Origin: Formosa sp. Hel1_33_131
GTDB taxonomy: Bacteria; Bacteroidota; Bacteroidia; Flavobacteriales; Flavobacteriaceae
Length of the DNA stretch: 32,000 bases
Assembly (NCBI RefSeq): GCF_001735745.1
Contig: NZ_CP017260.1
Location: 2,250,001-2,282,000 of the forward strand
Reading direction: 5' to 3'
Shown: in pieces, positions 8,284 through 18,142 of the stretch
Position numbering within the stretch: the first letter of the stretch is position 1
Layout: every line of letters begins with the position of its first letter
Translations under genes and position numbers: made by a program
Notes under the pieces: model-generated
The model's database searches: none
What the model was told of the DNA's origin: nothing
Seen by the model: only the letters and a program-made list of their open reading frames with translations

Positions 8284-10736
8284 AAACTAATTCCAAATAA
8301 CACCCCATCGTTTACAAAGCCAGAATGGTAAGACCGCACATAATCAACCCTTAAAAAACGGTACTTTTTCCATCCGATATTATTTATTCCCAAGCTAAAT
8401 TCCTGATACGGTTTTTGATCTTTTGCTGAAAACCCATGAACCCCAACAATCAAGTTGTAATTCAGTTTATTAATCAACGGAATTTTACCTAAGATATAAC
8501 CCTTAAAATCATGTTCTAAGTGGTATTCAAAATAATTTTCGGTAGTACTAAAGTCGTAATAGCCCACGTTTTTAAAACTTGATAAATACGTATTGTCGAG
8601 ACTTACATGGGTTTGATTTCCATTGATGTGTTTAGCATCCATAAACGCTGTTGTGGAAGTGCCGAAAAAAGTACCTCCAAATAAGTTGTAACTAAAATTT
8701 CCTTTGTTTTCGAGACTAAAATTTTGAGAAAGATTCACACTCAGATGGTCATAATTATAGTTTGAATTTGTAGCCCCAAATCCTTTTTCAAAACTAAAAT
8801 TTAACTTCGGATATTTGGGCGTATTTAAATTGTATTTACTGCCCGGATAGCTGAGATATTTTTGCCCAAATCGAAACGCACCATTGAATTTAAATTTAAG
8901 AATGTTGTGATTTTCAAAGGGCGCCGAATCAAAATTTAAAGGGTCTAAAGGATTGTTGCTCGAATACGATTTATCATCGTAATTAATAGTCGTATAATCG
9001 CTGCTATTGAAGAGTCCTCTGCGGTTTTCATAACTGAGCGCGGTTCCAAAACGGAAGCCGTTAAAAAGCTCCTGCCCATAATTTATTTTAACAAATCGAT
9101 TTTCAAATAATTTCAAATAATTGTCTTCAAAAAACAAACTACTCGCCTCATTAATGAGACTCGAAATAGGCTCTTGAGCGTTGAACTGCTGGACTTTTAT
9201 ACCTGCGCTAAATCCAACATTTAAATCATTGACATTGTTGAATTTATACCGAAACCCAACAGTGCCTCGAAGGGTTTGGGTGTCAAAACTATAATTCACT
9301 TGATTTTCTATCGCGAGGTAATTTTTAAATTCATCGTAGCGTTTTGTATAATTGATGTCTAGATTGGTATTAAATCCCTGTACGGTATTAAAACTAAGTC
9401 CAGCCACGGGACTGCTGATGCTAAACTCCTTGTCCTCAAAAGAATTTTCGTAGGTATATCCAGAAACTAAATTTCCAATTTTAAATTTATTGTAACTCGC
9501 ATCAATGGAATCCAAATAGGTTTTGGAATTATATAAAGTTTGAAGACTGTCTTTTTTAATATAATCTTTAAACTCTTCCCTGGTTAATGGTACCGGTCTA
9601 AGGGTATTCCAATAAGTAGAATCTTTTTTATTGGCTTCGGATTCAAAGGCTAAAACTTCATTCGTAAACACCGACTTCTCAAAATTGGGGTTCAGTTTGT
9701 AATTGGAATAATTGGCCACAAAACTTCCATTTCCATTAAAACCTAAAAATCCAAATTTAAAACTAATTGTCTGGGAGCGGACCACCCAAAAATCACTTTC
9801 TTCATCGTAAGAAGCGTTTTGTTTAAATGTGATCAAATCTATTGCAGGCGATTGAATTTGCTTGCCCGTAACACTCAGCTCGAGGCCGTAAAACCCCCAT
9901 TGATCTTCTACAATATAAACGATCCCCGAAAACACACGGTCGTTCTCACGTCTTGGAATTACTTTAATTTTATTAATCAAACGGCCGCCATTGTCATAAA
10001 AAACACCTTCCAATTTGTAGCGGTAATAATTAAACGCATATTCAGCAATTGGCGACACGATTTCTGAACCCATTTGAATCGTGTTGTAATAAAAATTATA
10101 ATCGACATCGCTCGCATTATTGAAACTGAACCCATTAGAATCTCCACTCACTTTAGAAGCAATTATTTTTTCTGAAAGCTTATCGGGTTTTTGATACTTT
10201 ATTTTTGAAACGGTTTCCGATAGATACAAAATTCCCGAACCAGTTGAATCTAAGACGCCGTCCATATCTCCTATTTCTTGGCCTAAAAATTTCTTTGGAG
10301 CATCTTTGAGTCGGATGATGCCTTTGGAATAAAAGTCAGCAGAATACGCATTAATTTTTTCTAGTTGCGCTTTTCGTGCGCCAATGGCGGCACGTATAAT
10401 ACGGTCGGCAGGATTTTCATTAGAAGAAATGACCACTTCATTTAAGGAGATGTTTTCTTCTAACAAAGTGATGTCCAAAACATAAGGAAATTCTTTAATT
10501 TCAATGGTTTTGGTTTGTGTTTTAAATCCCAAAAACTGAAAAACAATGGTGTAAGTTCCTGATTCAGGAAGTGCCAATTCATAGTCCCCTTGCTCATTTG
10601 AGGTGGTGCCTGTATAGGAATTTTCAATATAAATATTCACAAACGGAATGGGTTGATTGTCAACATCTGAAATGCTGCCTTTGAGTTGAGCGGAAACAGA
10701 TAAAGAGCAAAAAAATAATACAATTAAATAACGCAT
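8280..10736 (-). CDS. Carboxypeptidase-regulatory-like domain / DUF5686-type outer-membrane protein
   Basis: ATG at 10736 gives signal peptide MRYLIVLFFCSLSVSAQ (the ORF track extends to 10811). The N-terminal beta-sandwich motif is LKGSISDVDNQPIPFVNIYIENSYTGTTSNEQGDYEL. The long aromatic/Asn/Gly-rich C-terminal part ends ...GVLFGISF, which is beta-barrel-like. Confidence 0.6.
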   Translation of the reverse strand: MRYLIVLFFCSLSVSAQLKGSISDVDNQPIPFVNIYIENSYTGTTSNEQGDYELALPESGTYTIVFQFLGFKTQTKTIEIKEFPYVLDITLLEENISLNEVVISSNENPADRIIRAAIGARKAQLEKINAYSADFYSKGIIRLKDAPKKFLGQEIGDMDGVLDSTGSGILYLSETVSKIKYQKPDKLSEKIIASKVSGDSNGFSFNNASDVDYNFYYNTIQMGSEIVSPIAEYAFNYYRYKLEGVFYDNGGRLINKIKVIPRRENDRVFSGIVYIVEDQWGFYGLELSVTGKQIQSPAIDLITFKQNASYDEESDFWVVRSQTISFKFGFLGFNGNGSFVANYSNYKLNPNFEKSVFTNEVLAFESEANKKDSTYWNTLRPVPLTREEFKDYIKKDSLQTLYNSKTYLDSIDASYNKFKIGNLVSGYTYENSFEDKEFSISSPVAGLSFNTVQGFNTNLDINYTKRYDEFKNYLAIENQVNYSFDTQTLRGTVGFRYKFNNVNDLNVGFSAGIKVQQFNAQEPISSLINEASSLFFEDNYLKLFENRFVKINYGQELFNGFRFGTALSYENRRGLFNSSDYTTINYDDKSYSSNNPLDPLNFDSAPFENHNILKFKFNGAFRFGQKYLSYPGSKYNLNTPKYPKLNFSFEKGFGATNSNYNYDHLSVNLSQNFSLENKGNFSYNLFGGTFFGTSTTAFMDAKHINGNQTHVSLDNTYLSSFKNVGYYDFSTTENYFEYHLEHDFKGYILGKIPLINKLNYNLIVGVHGFSAKDQKPYQEFSLGINNIGWKKYRFLRVDYVRSYHSGFVNDGVLFGISF

Positions 10737-10836
10737 GCTTTTGAATATAGGATTGTAATTTATAAGACGATTGATTTTATGGGGTGTTACAAAAAGTGTT
10801 CCGTTTTTCAAGTGACTACTTTAAAGCTGTAAAAGC

Positions 10837-11295
10837 CTACTTAAAATTCTTCTTCACACGGTCCAAATCACGTTTGTTGTCACGGTCCTTGATGGTATCG
10901 CGTTTGTCAAAAAGTTTCTTCCCTTTTGCGAGAGAAATTCTCAGTTTTGCAAAGCCCTTATCATTGATAAAAAGTTTGAGGGGAATGATGGTCAGCCCCG
11001 TGTTTTTTACTTCTTTTTCGAGTTTTTTGAGTTCTTTCTTGTTGAGTAATAACTTCCGTTCCGCTTTGGGTGCATGGTTGTAGTGATTCCCAAAATCATA
11101 CTCTTGAATGGTCATGTTAATCACAAAAAGTTCACCTCTTAAATTAAATTCACAAAAACTTTCGGTAATGGATGCCTTGCCTTCTCGAATCGATTTGATT
11201 TCAGTCCCTGTCAATACAATACCAGCAATGTACGTATCTAAGAGTTCATACGTAAATCGGGCCTTTTTGTTTAATATGTTAACAGACTTTTTCAT
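10837..11295 (-). CDS. smpB: SsrA-binding protein SmpB
   Basis: 152 aa. NKKARFTYELLDTYIAGIVLTGTEIKSIR...ASITESFC and a basic C-terminal tail, typical of SmpB. Confidence 0.9.
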   Translation of the reverse strand: MKKSVNILNKKARFTYELLDTYIAGIVLTGTEIKSIREGKASITESFCEFNLRGELFVINMTIQEYDFGNHYNHAPKAERKLLLNKKELKKLEKEVKNTGLTIIPLKLFINDKGFAKLRISLAKGKKLFDKRDTIKDRDNKRDLDRVKKNFK

Positions 11296-11320
11296 CAGTG
11301 GTCAAAACTAAGCAAAATAT

Positions 11321-11833
11321 TTATTCGATGGCTAAGAGTTGGTGAATAATCTCTCCAGATTCAGTAATATTTATAATGTATAGGTTGGCGTAATTAGTTT
11401 CTGTTATTTGTTTGTATTGGTTTTTTCCAATAAGTGCGTTGACCATTGCAGGAACCGTATTACTATGCCCCACAATTAATACGGTTTTGCCAGCATTTTT
11501 TTTAACAAAGTCCACACTGTCAAAACCGTTTGGACTGTAGTAGGTCAGTGGGAGTTTCTTTTTTTCTGCGATTGGAAGCGCAGTGTTGCGCGTCCGCTTA
11601 TAATCCGTAGAGTAAATGATGTCAAAATCAATACGATTGAAAACAGAACTCCAACGTGCCGCTCTCAAAACGCCCTCCATTACCAAATCAGGATCTCTGT
11701 CAGCTGGATTTGAAGTGTCTTTTTCCGCATGACGGATAAAGTAAAACGAGCTTACCTTACTATCAGTGGGTGACTGTGCTTGAATTGGAGTCATCCATAG
11801 TATTACAAATAAGGCACTTAGGAATTTTTTCAT
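11321..11833 (-). CDS. Histidine phosphatase family protein (SixA/phosphoglycerate-mutase-like), secreted
   Basis: ATG 11833 gives signal peptide MKKFLSALFVILWMTPIQA|Q. Catalytic motifs FIRHAEK and LIVGHSNT are present. The longer track ORF (to 11905) would run through a 12-bp hairpin. Confidence 0.7.
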   Translation of the reverse strand: MKKFLSALFVILWMTPIQAQSPTDSKVSSFYFIRHAEKDTSNPADRDPDLVMEGVLRAARWSSVFNRIDFDIIYSTDYKRTRNTALPIAEKKKLPLTYYSPNGFDSVDFVKKNAGKTVLIVGHSNTVPAMVNALIGKNQYKQITETNYANLYIINITESGEIIHQLLAIE

Positions 11834-11869
11834 AGTGGAGGTTTTAAGATAAATAAAGATACTAAAAAT

Positions 11870-11913
11870 AAAAAGCAATGCTGTTCTAACGAATAGAATT
11901 TGCATTGCTTTTT
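11870..11913. promoter_or_regulatory. Perfect 12-bp stem hairpin upstream of the phosphatase gene
   Basis: aaaaagcaatgc (11870-11881) and gcattgcttttt (11902-11913) are exact reverse complements separated by a 20-nt loop. On the minus strand the hairpin is followed by atttttag. Confidence 0.3.
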
Positions 11914-12112
11914 AACTAACTAACCAACACTCATAGGACGAGTCTAAGTTGAAATTGTTACAGTTTTTATTAAAATAAAATCATTTATTCAATTTTATAT
12001 ATTCATTTTGATAAAACGAGGCCTTCTTTAAGATTTAATGTATAATTTTGAAAACTTAATACGAAGGATTATTAGACGCTTCAATTTGATATTAAAACCT
12101 AAAAAATAACAC

Positions 12113-12493
12113 ATGGGAATTTTCAATTCATTATTTAAATCAGAAACTAAAGATTCAAACTGGCCAGGTCAACAACTCGAATCTGCAGATCAATTGGATA
12201 CCATCATTAGCGCTTCGTTTAAAACACCTCAATTGATATTTAAACATTCAACCCGCTGTAGTATCAGTCGTTTTGTGTTGGCTGATTTTACGTCACATTA
12301 CACTTATGCAGCAGATGAATTTGGAGCCCATTATTTAGATTTATTGAACCATAGAGATATTTCTAACGACATTGCTGAACGCTTTGAGGTACAACACCAA
12401 TCGCCACAATTGATTGTGATCAAAAATGGAAAAGCAATTGCAAATTCATCCCACGAAGGGATTAATGAACTACATCTAACTAACTTTCTATAG
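12113..12493 (+). CDS. ytxJ: Monothiol bacilliredoxin-like protein YtxJ (DUF2847, thioredoxin fold)
   Basis: 126 aa with LIFKHSTRCSISR (the T-x-C-x-x-S monothiol motif) and SPQLIVIKNG. Confidence 0.7.
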   Translation: MGIFNSLFKSETKDSNWPGQQLESADQLDTIISASFKTPQLIFKHSTRCSISRFVLADFTSHYTYAADEFGAHYLDLLNHRDISNDIAERFEVQHQSPQLIVIKNGKAIANSSHEGINELHLTNFL

Positions 12494-12497
12494 CCTA

Positions 12498-13532
12498 CTA
12501 AATACCGAGTTCTTCAAAAAGTACGATGAGTTTTTCACTGGATGGACGAGGAGCATCCGCATTTACAATAGTTCCATCGGGAGCGATTAGTATAAATCGA
12601 GGAATCCCACTCACTTTATAATCTTGAACGAAGTCCGCTTTCCATCCAGAGCCCGTAAACAATTGAACCCCTGTTAATTCTTTTTCAGTAACCATTTTTC
12701 TCCAAGCGTCGTGTGCTTTTTCCATCGTTCCACTACGTCTGTCATCGTCCACAGAAATGCTAACGAATTCAATGTTTCTATCGTGGTATTTGGATTCTAA
12801 TTTTTTCAGATATGGAATTTCAACCTTACAAGGACCGCACCAAGTTGCCCAAATATCAATATACACATACTTCCCTTTCAAGTCGCTTAAGGAAGTCGTT
12901 CCGCCTCTGTGGTTTTCGTAATTTGAAAATGTAGGAGATATGGTTCCTTTTGCAAATAGCTTGCGCATTTCAAGTTTTCCCATGAAATAACCCTTGTAAG
13001 CTTTTTGCATGGATTTAAAATCTTTGTCTTGGTCTTCAAAGTAAGCGGCGTCAAGTTGTTTGTACTCTGTTTTTAATGCATCGTAAGCAATTTCTAATTT
13101 ATCAAATGCTTTTGAGAATTCAGCTTCTGTGCCGTCAAAAAGATCTTCAGATAAATAAGTTTCCTGTAACAGACTGTTGGCAATTATAAAATTACTTCGA
13201 TCCGCATCATCTCCTTTAAACTTTAAAGTTTCATCAAACGCTTTCGTATCGAGAGTAAAGGAAATGGTATTGTCATTCTTTAAATAAATACTACCAACTT
13301 CATTGCCGTCAGAAAACCGATAAAGACCTTCTCTTACATGCAGTGTATCGCTAAACGTCCCATCGTCATTGACTTTGATGTTTTTTGTGTATCCCTTTCG
13401 ATTGCTAATTGTTATGTTTTTAAATTCATTCGCATTGGTGATTTTCCCAGAAAGTGTTGCGTAGTCTTTTGGCGTTTTAGAACAAGATCCAAATAATAGG
13501 ATTAATGAAAATAGAGTGAGGATTGATTTCAT
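12498..13532 (-). CDS. TlpA-family thiol:disulfide oxidoreductase lipoprotein
   Basis: Lipobox LLFGS|C, redox motif WATWCGPC, and C-terminal GIPRFILIAPDG, typical of the redoxin/AhpC-TSA fold. Confidence 0.8.
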   Translation of the reverse strand: MKSILTLFSLILLFGSCSKTPKDYATLSGKITNANEFKNITISNRKGYTKNIKVNDDGTFSDTLHVREGLYRFSDGNEVGSIYLKNDNTISFTLDTKAFDETLKFKGDDADRSNFIIANSLLQETYLSEDLFDGTEAEFSKAFDKLEIAYDALKTEYKQLDAAYFEDQDKDFKSMQKAYKGYFMGKLEMRKLFAKGTISPTFSNYENHRGGTTSLSDLKGKYVYIDIWATWCGPCKVEIPYLKKLESKYHDRNIEFVSISVDDDRRSGTMEKAHDAWRKMVTEKELTGVQLFTGSGWKADFVQDYKVSGIPRFILIAPDGTIVNADAPRPSSEKLIVLFEELGI

Positions 13533-13673
13533 AGTATTTATATTTATCGTGTTAAATTTTAAATAATGATGTCATCAAAAATAAGTTAATCCTCTTAAAA
13601 AATTAAAAAATTAACAATTATTTGCATATCTATTATGGAATGTTCAAATTTGACCAACACAAACACCGATTAA

Positions 13674-15173
13674 ATGCACATTATAAGCACCAAAGCGTTA
13701 AGTTTATCAACCCTTAAAACCTTAGTGTTTGAAGGTTCAAAAATTGAACTTTCAGACGAAGTGATCCAAAAAATTCAAGAATGTCGAGATTACTTAGATC
13801 AAAAAATTGAGGCAACTTCCGATCCTATTTATGGCATCAATACTGGGTTTGGATCGTTGTGTGATGTGCGAATTCACTCTGAAAACCTTACAAAATTACA
13901 AGAAAACTTAGTGCGTTCTCATGCCTGTGGTACAGGAGATTGTGTCCCACAACCCATCATAAAACTAATGCTTTTATTGAAAATTAAGTCCTTGAGTTAT
14001 GGGCACAGTGGCATTCAGTTAGAAACCGTGAACCGTTTGGTTACATTTTATAACAACGATATTTTACCCGTCATATATACTCAAGGATCGTTGGGTGCTT
14101 CTGGGGATCTGGCACCCTTAGCGCATTTGGCATTGCCCCTTATTGGCGAAGGGATGGTTTGGTACAAAAACGTTCAGACTCCTGCTTCGGAAGTTTTAAA
14201 TGCGTTTGATTGGGAGCCAATCACATTGCAGTCTAAAGAAGGTTTAGCATTGTTGAATGGCACACAATTTATGACGGCTTACGGGATACATTCCTTATTA
14301 AAGTCGTTCAAATTATCTTATATGGCGGACCTTATTGGTGCCCTGTCATTAGATGCTTACAATGGGAGAATTGAACCTTTTGATCCCTTAGTGCATTTGG
14401 TACGTCCTCACAATGGACAGATAAAAACAGCGGAACGCATTCTGAGTTTTTTAGAAGGTAGCGAATTAATGAAGCAGCCCAAAAAGCATGTTCAAGATCC
14501 GTATTCGTTTCGATGTATGCCGCAAGTACATGGGGCGACTAAAGACACCTTGATGTTTGTTAGAAACACGTTTATTACCGAAATAAATGCAGTGACCGAC
14601 AATCCTAACATATTCTCCAAAGACGATAAAATTATTTCTGGCGGGAATTTTCACGGACAACCTTTAGCCTTTGGATTTGATTTTTTAAAAATTGCCATGG
14701 CAGAATTGGGGAATATTTCGGAACGAAGAACTTATCAATTGGTATCAGGCTTGCGAGAATTGCCTTCTTTTCTGGTTGAAAAGTCGGGATTAAATTCAGG
14801 ATTTATGATTCCACAATACACAGCGGCAAGTATTGTGAGTGCCAATAAGCAATTAGCAACGCCTGCCAGTGTTGATTCCATTGTATCTTCTAACGGACAA
14901 GAGGACCATGTGAGTATGGGTGCCAATGCGGCTATTCAAACCTATCAAATTTTAGAAAATGTAGAGCGTATTTTAGCAATTGAATTGCTAAATGCTTCTC
15001 AAGCATTGTTTTTTAGAAACCAAAAAACATCTCCATTTTTAAGAGGGATTCTGTCTAGTTTCAGAACGGAAATTCCAAAAGTAACGGAAGATAGAGTACT
15101 TCATGATGATATACAGGAAGCCATCAAATTCATTCAGACACTTGAACTAGAAAACGATGTCTTATTTGATTAA
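13674..15173 (+). CDS. hutH: Histidine ammonia-lyase
   Basis: MIO-forming triad in GSLGASGDLAPLAHL. The selectivity pair Ser-His in LVRSHACG indicates HAL rather than PAL/TAL. 499 aa. Confidence 0.9.
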   Translation: MHIISTKALSLSTLKTLVFEGSKIELSDEVIQKIQECRDYLDQKIEATSDPIYGINTGFGSLCDVRIHSENLTKLQENLVRSHACGTGDCVPQPIIKLMLLLKIKSLSYGHSGIQLETVNRLVTFYNNDILPVIYTQGSLGASGDLAPLAHLALPLIGEGMVWYKNVQTPASEVLNAFDWEPITLQSKEGLALLNGTQFMTAYGIHSLLKSFKLSYMADLIGALSLDAYNGRIEPFDPLVHLVRPHNGQIKTAERILSFLEGSELMKQPKKHVQDPYSFRCMPQVHGATKDTLMFVRNTFITEINAVTDNPNIFSKDDKIISGGNFHGQPLAFGFDFLKIAMAELGNISERRTYQLVSGLRELPSFLVEKSGLNSGFMIPQYTAASIVSANKQLATPASVDSIVSSNGQEDHVSMGANAAIQTYQILENVERILAIELLNASQALFFRNQKTSPFLRGILSSFRTEIPKVTEDRVLHDDIQEAIKFIQTLELENDVLFD

Positions 15174-15185
15174 ACCTTGAAAAAA

Positions 15186-15340
15186 AAGAGGCTGTCTAAA
15201 AAGTATGAAAACCTGTCATTCTGAACCTGCCTGACGGTAGGCAGGTTTATTTCAGAATTTTAATACATTGATTTTCAAAATATTATTAGAATCTGAAACT
15301 AGTTCAGATTGACAAAATGTAGCTTTTTAGACAGCCTCTT
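15186..15340. repeat. Nested palindromic (REP/MITE-like) intergenic element between convergent hutH and clpC
   Basis: The outer 18-bp inverted repeat is perfect: aagaggctgtctaaaaag (15186-15203) / ctttttagacagcctctt (15323-15340). The middle repeat gtcattctgaac (15215-15226) / gttcagattgac (15302-15313) matches 11/12. The inner hairpin is acctgcc (15225-15231) / ggcaggt (15240-15246). A further pair is ttcagaatt / agaatctgaa. Confidence 0.8.
15225..15252 (+). terminator. Probable hutH rho-independent terminator (inner hairpin of the palindromic element)
   Basis: A 7-bp GC-rich stem acctgcc/ggcaggt with an 8-nt loop, followed by ttattt. Confidence 0.45.
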
Positions 15341-15345
15341 CATTG

Positions 15346-17892
15346 TTACAATTCTTTCGCCTCATTGGGCGATGTTATGTTGACGTCTAATTTCGCATCA
15401 TCTTTGCCAATATCCATCGTGATGGTGTCCCCTTCATGCACATTGGATTTAATAATTTCCTCTGCTAAGGCATCTTCCACATATTTTTGAATGGCACGTT
15501 TTAAAGGGCGCGCGCCGTATTGCTTGTCAAATCCTTTTTCAGCAATAAAACTTTTTGCTTTTGTGCTTAATTTAAGGGTGTATCCTAATTCTGAAATACG
15601 CTCCAAAAGTTTCGCAAGTTCGATGTCAATAATTTTATCAATATCTTCTTTTTCTAAGTTGTTGAAAACGACCACATCGTCAATTCTGTTTAGAAATTCT
15701 GGTGCAAAAGCTTTTTTAAGTGCGTTTTCAATCACCGAACGTGCATTGGAACTTTCTTGAGATTTTTGAGCGGCAGTTCCAAACCCAACACCAGAGCCAA
15801 AATCCTTCAATTTTCGAGCGCCAATATTCGAGGTCATGATAATGATTGTATTGCTAAAATCAATTTTTCGACCCAAACTATCCGTTAAAAATCCATCATC
15901 AAGCACTTGAAGAAGCATGTTAAATACATCTGGATGTGCTTTTTCAATTTCATCTAAAAGAACCACTGCGTAAGGTTTACGTCTGATTTTTTCGGTCAGT
16001 TGTCCACCTTCTTCATAACCAACGTATCCTGGAGGTGCACCGACCAATCGTGAGATGGCAAATTTCTCCATGTATTCACTCATGTCAATTCGTATCAATG
16101 CATCTTCACTATCAAATAATTCTCTAGCAAGTACTTTGGCAAGCTGTGTTTTACCGACGCCAGTTTGTCCTAAAAAGATAAATGACCCAATGGGCTTATT
16201 GGGGTCTTTAAGTCCCGCACGATTCCTCTGAATAGCTTTCACCACCTTTGAAACCGCTTCATCTTGACCAATTACTTTTCCGTTTATGAGCTCTGGAAGT
16301 TTTGATAATTTATTACTTTCCTTTTGAGCAATACGGTTCACAGGAATGCTAGTCATCATGGAAACTACCTCAGCTACATTGTCTTCACTGACAACAATGC
16401 GATTTAATTTAGATTCTATTTCCCATTTTTCCTGCGCTTCTGCAAGACTCTTTTCTAAACGTTTTTCGTCATCTCTTAGCTTGGCAGCTTCTTCATATTT
16501 CTGTTTTTTAACCACAGAGTTTTTAGTCACTTTTACTTCTTCAAGTTGTGCTTCTAGTTCCACGATTTGGTCAGGAACATCAATATTTGTGATGTGAACT
16601 CTTGAGCCTGCTTCGTCCAACGCATCAATCGCTTTGTCTGGTAAAAACCGATCGGTCATATAACGATTGGTCAATTTTACACAAGCTTCAATAGCTTCAT
16701 CTGTGTACTCTACATTGTGATGATCTTCGTATTTGTTTTTAATGTTGTTTAATATCTCAATCGTTTCACTCACCGTTGTTGGCTCCACGATGACTTTTTG
16801 AAAACGACGTTCAAGTGCGCCGTCTTTTTCGATGTGCTGTCTGTATTCGTCAAGAGTTGTAGCGCCTACACATTGCAGTTCGCCACGTGCCAATGCGGGT
16901 TTAAACATATTAGAAGCATCCAAACTTCCCGTAGCGCCACCGGCCCCTACAATCGTATGGATTTCATCGATGAATAAAATAATATCGTCATTTTTTTCCA
17001 ACTCATTCATCACCGCTTTCATGCGCTCTTCAAACTGACCACGGTATTTGGTACCAGCTACAATGCTGGCCAAATCTAAAGTAACCACGCGTTTATTGAA
17101 TAAAATTCGAGAGACTTTACGTTTGATGATTCGAATGGCCAAGCCTTCGGCAATAGCAGATTTGCCAACACCAGGTTCACCAATCAACAAAGGATTGTTT
17201 TTCTTACGACGGCTTAAAATCTGAGAGACACGTTGAATTTCTTTTTCACGTCCGACTACAGGGTCTAATTTCCCTTGTTCTGCCATTTCAGTAAGGTCTC
17301 TTCCAAAATTATCTAGAACGGGGGTTTTCGATTTTTTCACTCCTTTTTGAACGCTGCTTTGACCAAATGAACTGTCTTTATTTTCATCTTTAGGCATATC
17401 TTCACTTGGAAAAGCGGCTGCTTTTGGAGTCTCCGTGTAGTCGTCGTTTGTGATCATATATTTAAATTGTTCTTTAGCGTTATCGTAATCTACTTTTAGT
17501 TTATTCAATAGCTTTGTTGTAGGGTCATTTTCATTTCTCAACACACATAAAAGTAAATGTGCTGTATTTATAGATTTACTTTGAAAAAGCTTCGCTTCTA
17601 AAAAAGTTGTTTTTAAAGCCCGTTCTGCTTGACGTGTCAAGTGGAGGTTTTTTTTCTCATCAGAAGCAATCATAATATTGGGGTTGGAAGGACTGAGGAT
17701 TTCAACCTTACGACGCAAATGACTAAGGTCAACGTCTAAAGCGTTCAAAATATCGATTGCCTTGCCATTGCCATCTCTTAAAAGTCCAAGCATCAAATGT
17801 TCAGTGCCAATAAAATCGTGACCTAAACGAAGTGCTTCTTCTTTACTGAAAGAAATAACATCTTTAACTCTGGGGGAAAAATTATCATCCAT
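15346..17892 (-). CDS. clpC: ATP-dependent Clp protease ATP-binding subunit ClpC (class I AAA+)
   Basis: Duplicated Clp_N repeat at the N-terminus. Two Walker A sites ([16 protein letters not shown]). UVR-like linker [16 protein letters not shown]. 848 aa. Confidence 0.85.
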   Translation of the reverse strand: MDDNFSPRVKDVISFSKEEALRLGHDFIGTEHLMLGLLRDGNGKAIDILNALDVDLSHLRRKVEILSPSNPNIMIASDEKKNLHLTRQAERALKTTFLEAKLFQSKSINTAHLLLCVLRNENDPTTKLLNKLKVDYDNAKEQFKYMITNDDYTETPKAAAFPSEDMPKDENKDSSFGQSSVQKGVKKSKTPVLDNFGRDLTEMAEQGKLDPVVGREKEIQRVSQILSRRKKNNPLLIGEPGVGKSAIAEGLAIRIIKRKVSRILFNKRVVTLDLASIVAGTKYRGQFEERMKAVMNELEKNDDIILFIDEIHTIVGAGGATGSLDASNMFKPALARGELQCVGATTLDEYRQHIEKDGALERRFQKVIVEPTTVSETIEILNNIKNKYEDHHNVEYTDEAIEACVKLTNRYMTDRFLPDKAIDALDEAGSRVHITNIDVPDQIVELEAQLEEVKVTKNSVVKKQKYEEAAKLRDDEKRLEKSLAEAQEKWEIESKLNRIVVSEDNVAEVVSMMTSIPVNRIAQKESNKLSKLPELINGKVIGQDEAVSKVVKAIQRNRAGLKDPNKPIGSFIFLGQTGVGKTQLAKVLARELFDSEDALIRIDMSEYMEKFAISRLVGAPPGYVGYEEGGQLTEKIRRKPYAVVLLDEIEKAHPDVFNMLLQVLDDGFLTDSLGRKIDFSNTIIIMTSNIGARKLKDFGSGVGFGTAAQKSQESSNARSVIENALKKAFAPEFLNRIDDVVVFNNLEKEDIDKIIDIELAKLLERISELGYTLKLSTKAKSFIAEKGFDKQYGARPLKRAIQKYVEDALAEEIIKSNVHEGDTITMDIGKDDAKLDVNITSPNEAKEL

Positions 17893-18025
17893 AAAAAATC
17901 TTTGGTTAAATTTACAAATTCAAAGGCATTAAATCAAAAACTATACCTTTTTATTTTTTATTTATACAAATGATAGCAAAAACTAATTAAAATCAAAATT
18001 TTTAAGCCACTATTTATTAACCATT

Positions 18026-18053
18026 TTGCCTCTTAAAATTGTTGATAAATTTG
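18026..18053 (+). promoter_or_regulatory. Candidate Bacteroidota-type promoter for gyrA
   Basis: TTG at 18026-18028 and TAAATTTG (TAnnTTTG -7 motif) at 18046-18053 with a 17-nt spacer, ~90 nt upstream of the gyrA start. Confidence 0.3.
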
Positions 18054-18142
18054 ATTAAAAAAAGTCATGAAAATTCACTCAGTAATAATTTGAAAAGTAG
18101 TATATTAGCTAGGTTATTTAATAAATAAAAATATAACGTAGT

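Noticed and set aside
13674-15173. Phenylalanine/tyrosine ammonia-lyase or aminomutase instead of histidine ammonia-lyase
   Set aside because: The selectivity position reads Ser-His (LVRSHACG), as in bona fide HALs rather than Phe-Leu or His-Leu. There are no secondary-metabolite genes nearby.
15491-17038. Plus-strand ORFs antisense to clpC (15491-15760, 16346-16597, 16832-17038), and similar ORFs antisense to the thiolase (22946-23971), smpB (10784-11311), hutH (14466-14926) and the PgpH-like gene (24266-26108)
   Set aside because: All are short with Ser/Phe/Leu-rich translations, and no motifs or start context. All overlap well-supported genes.
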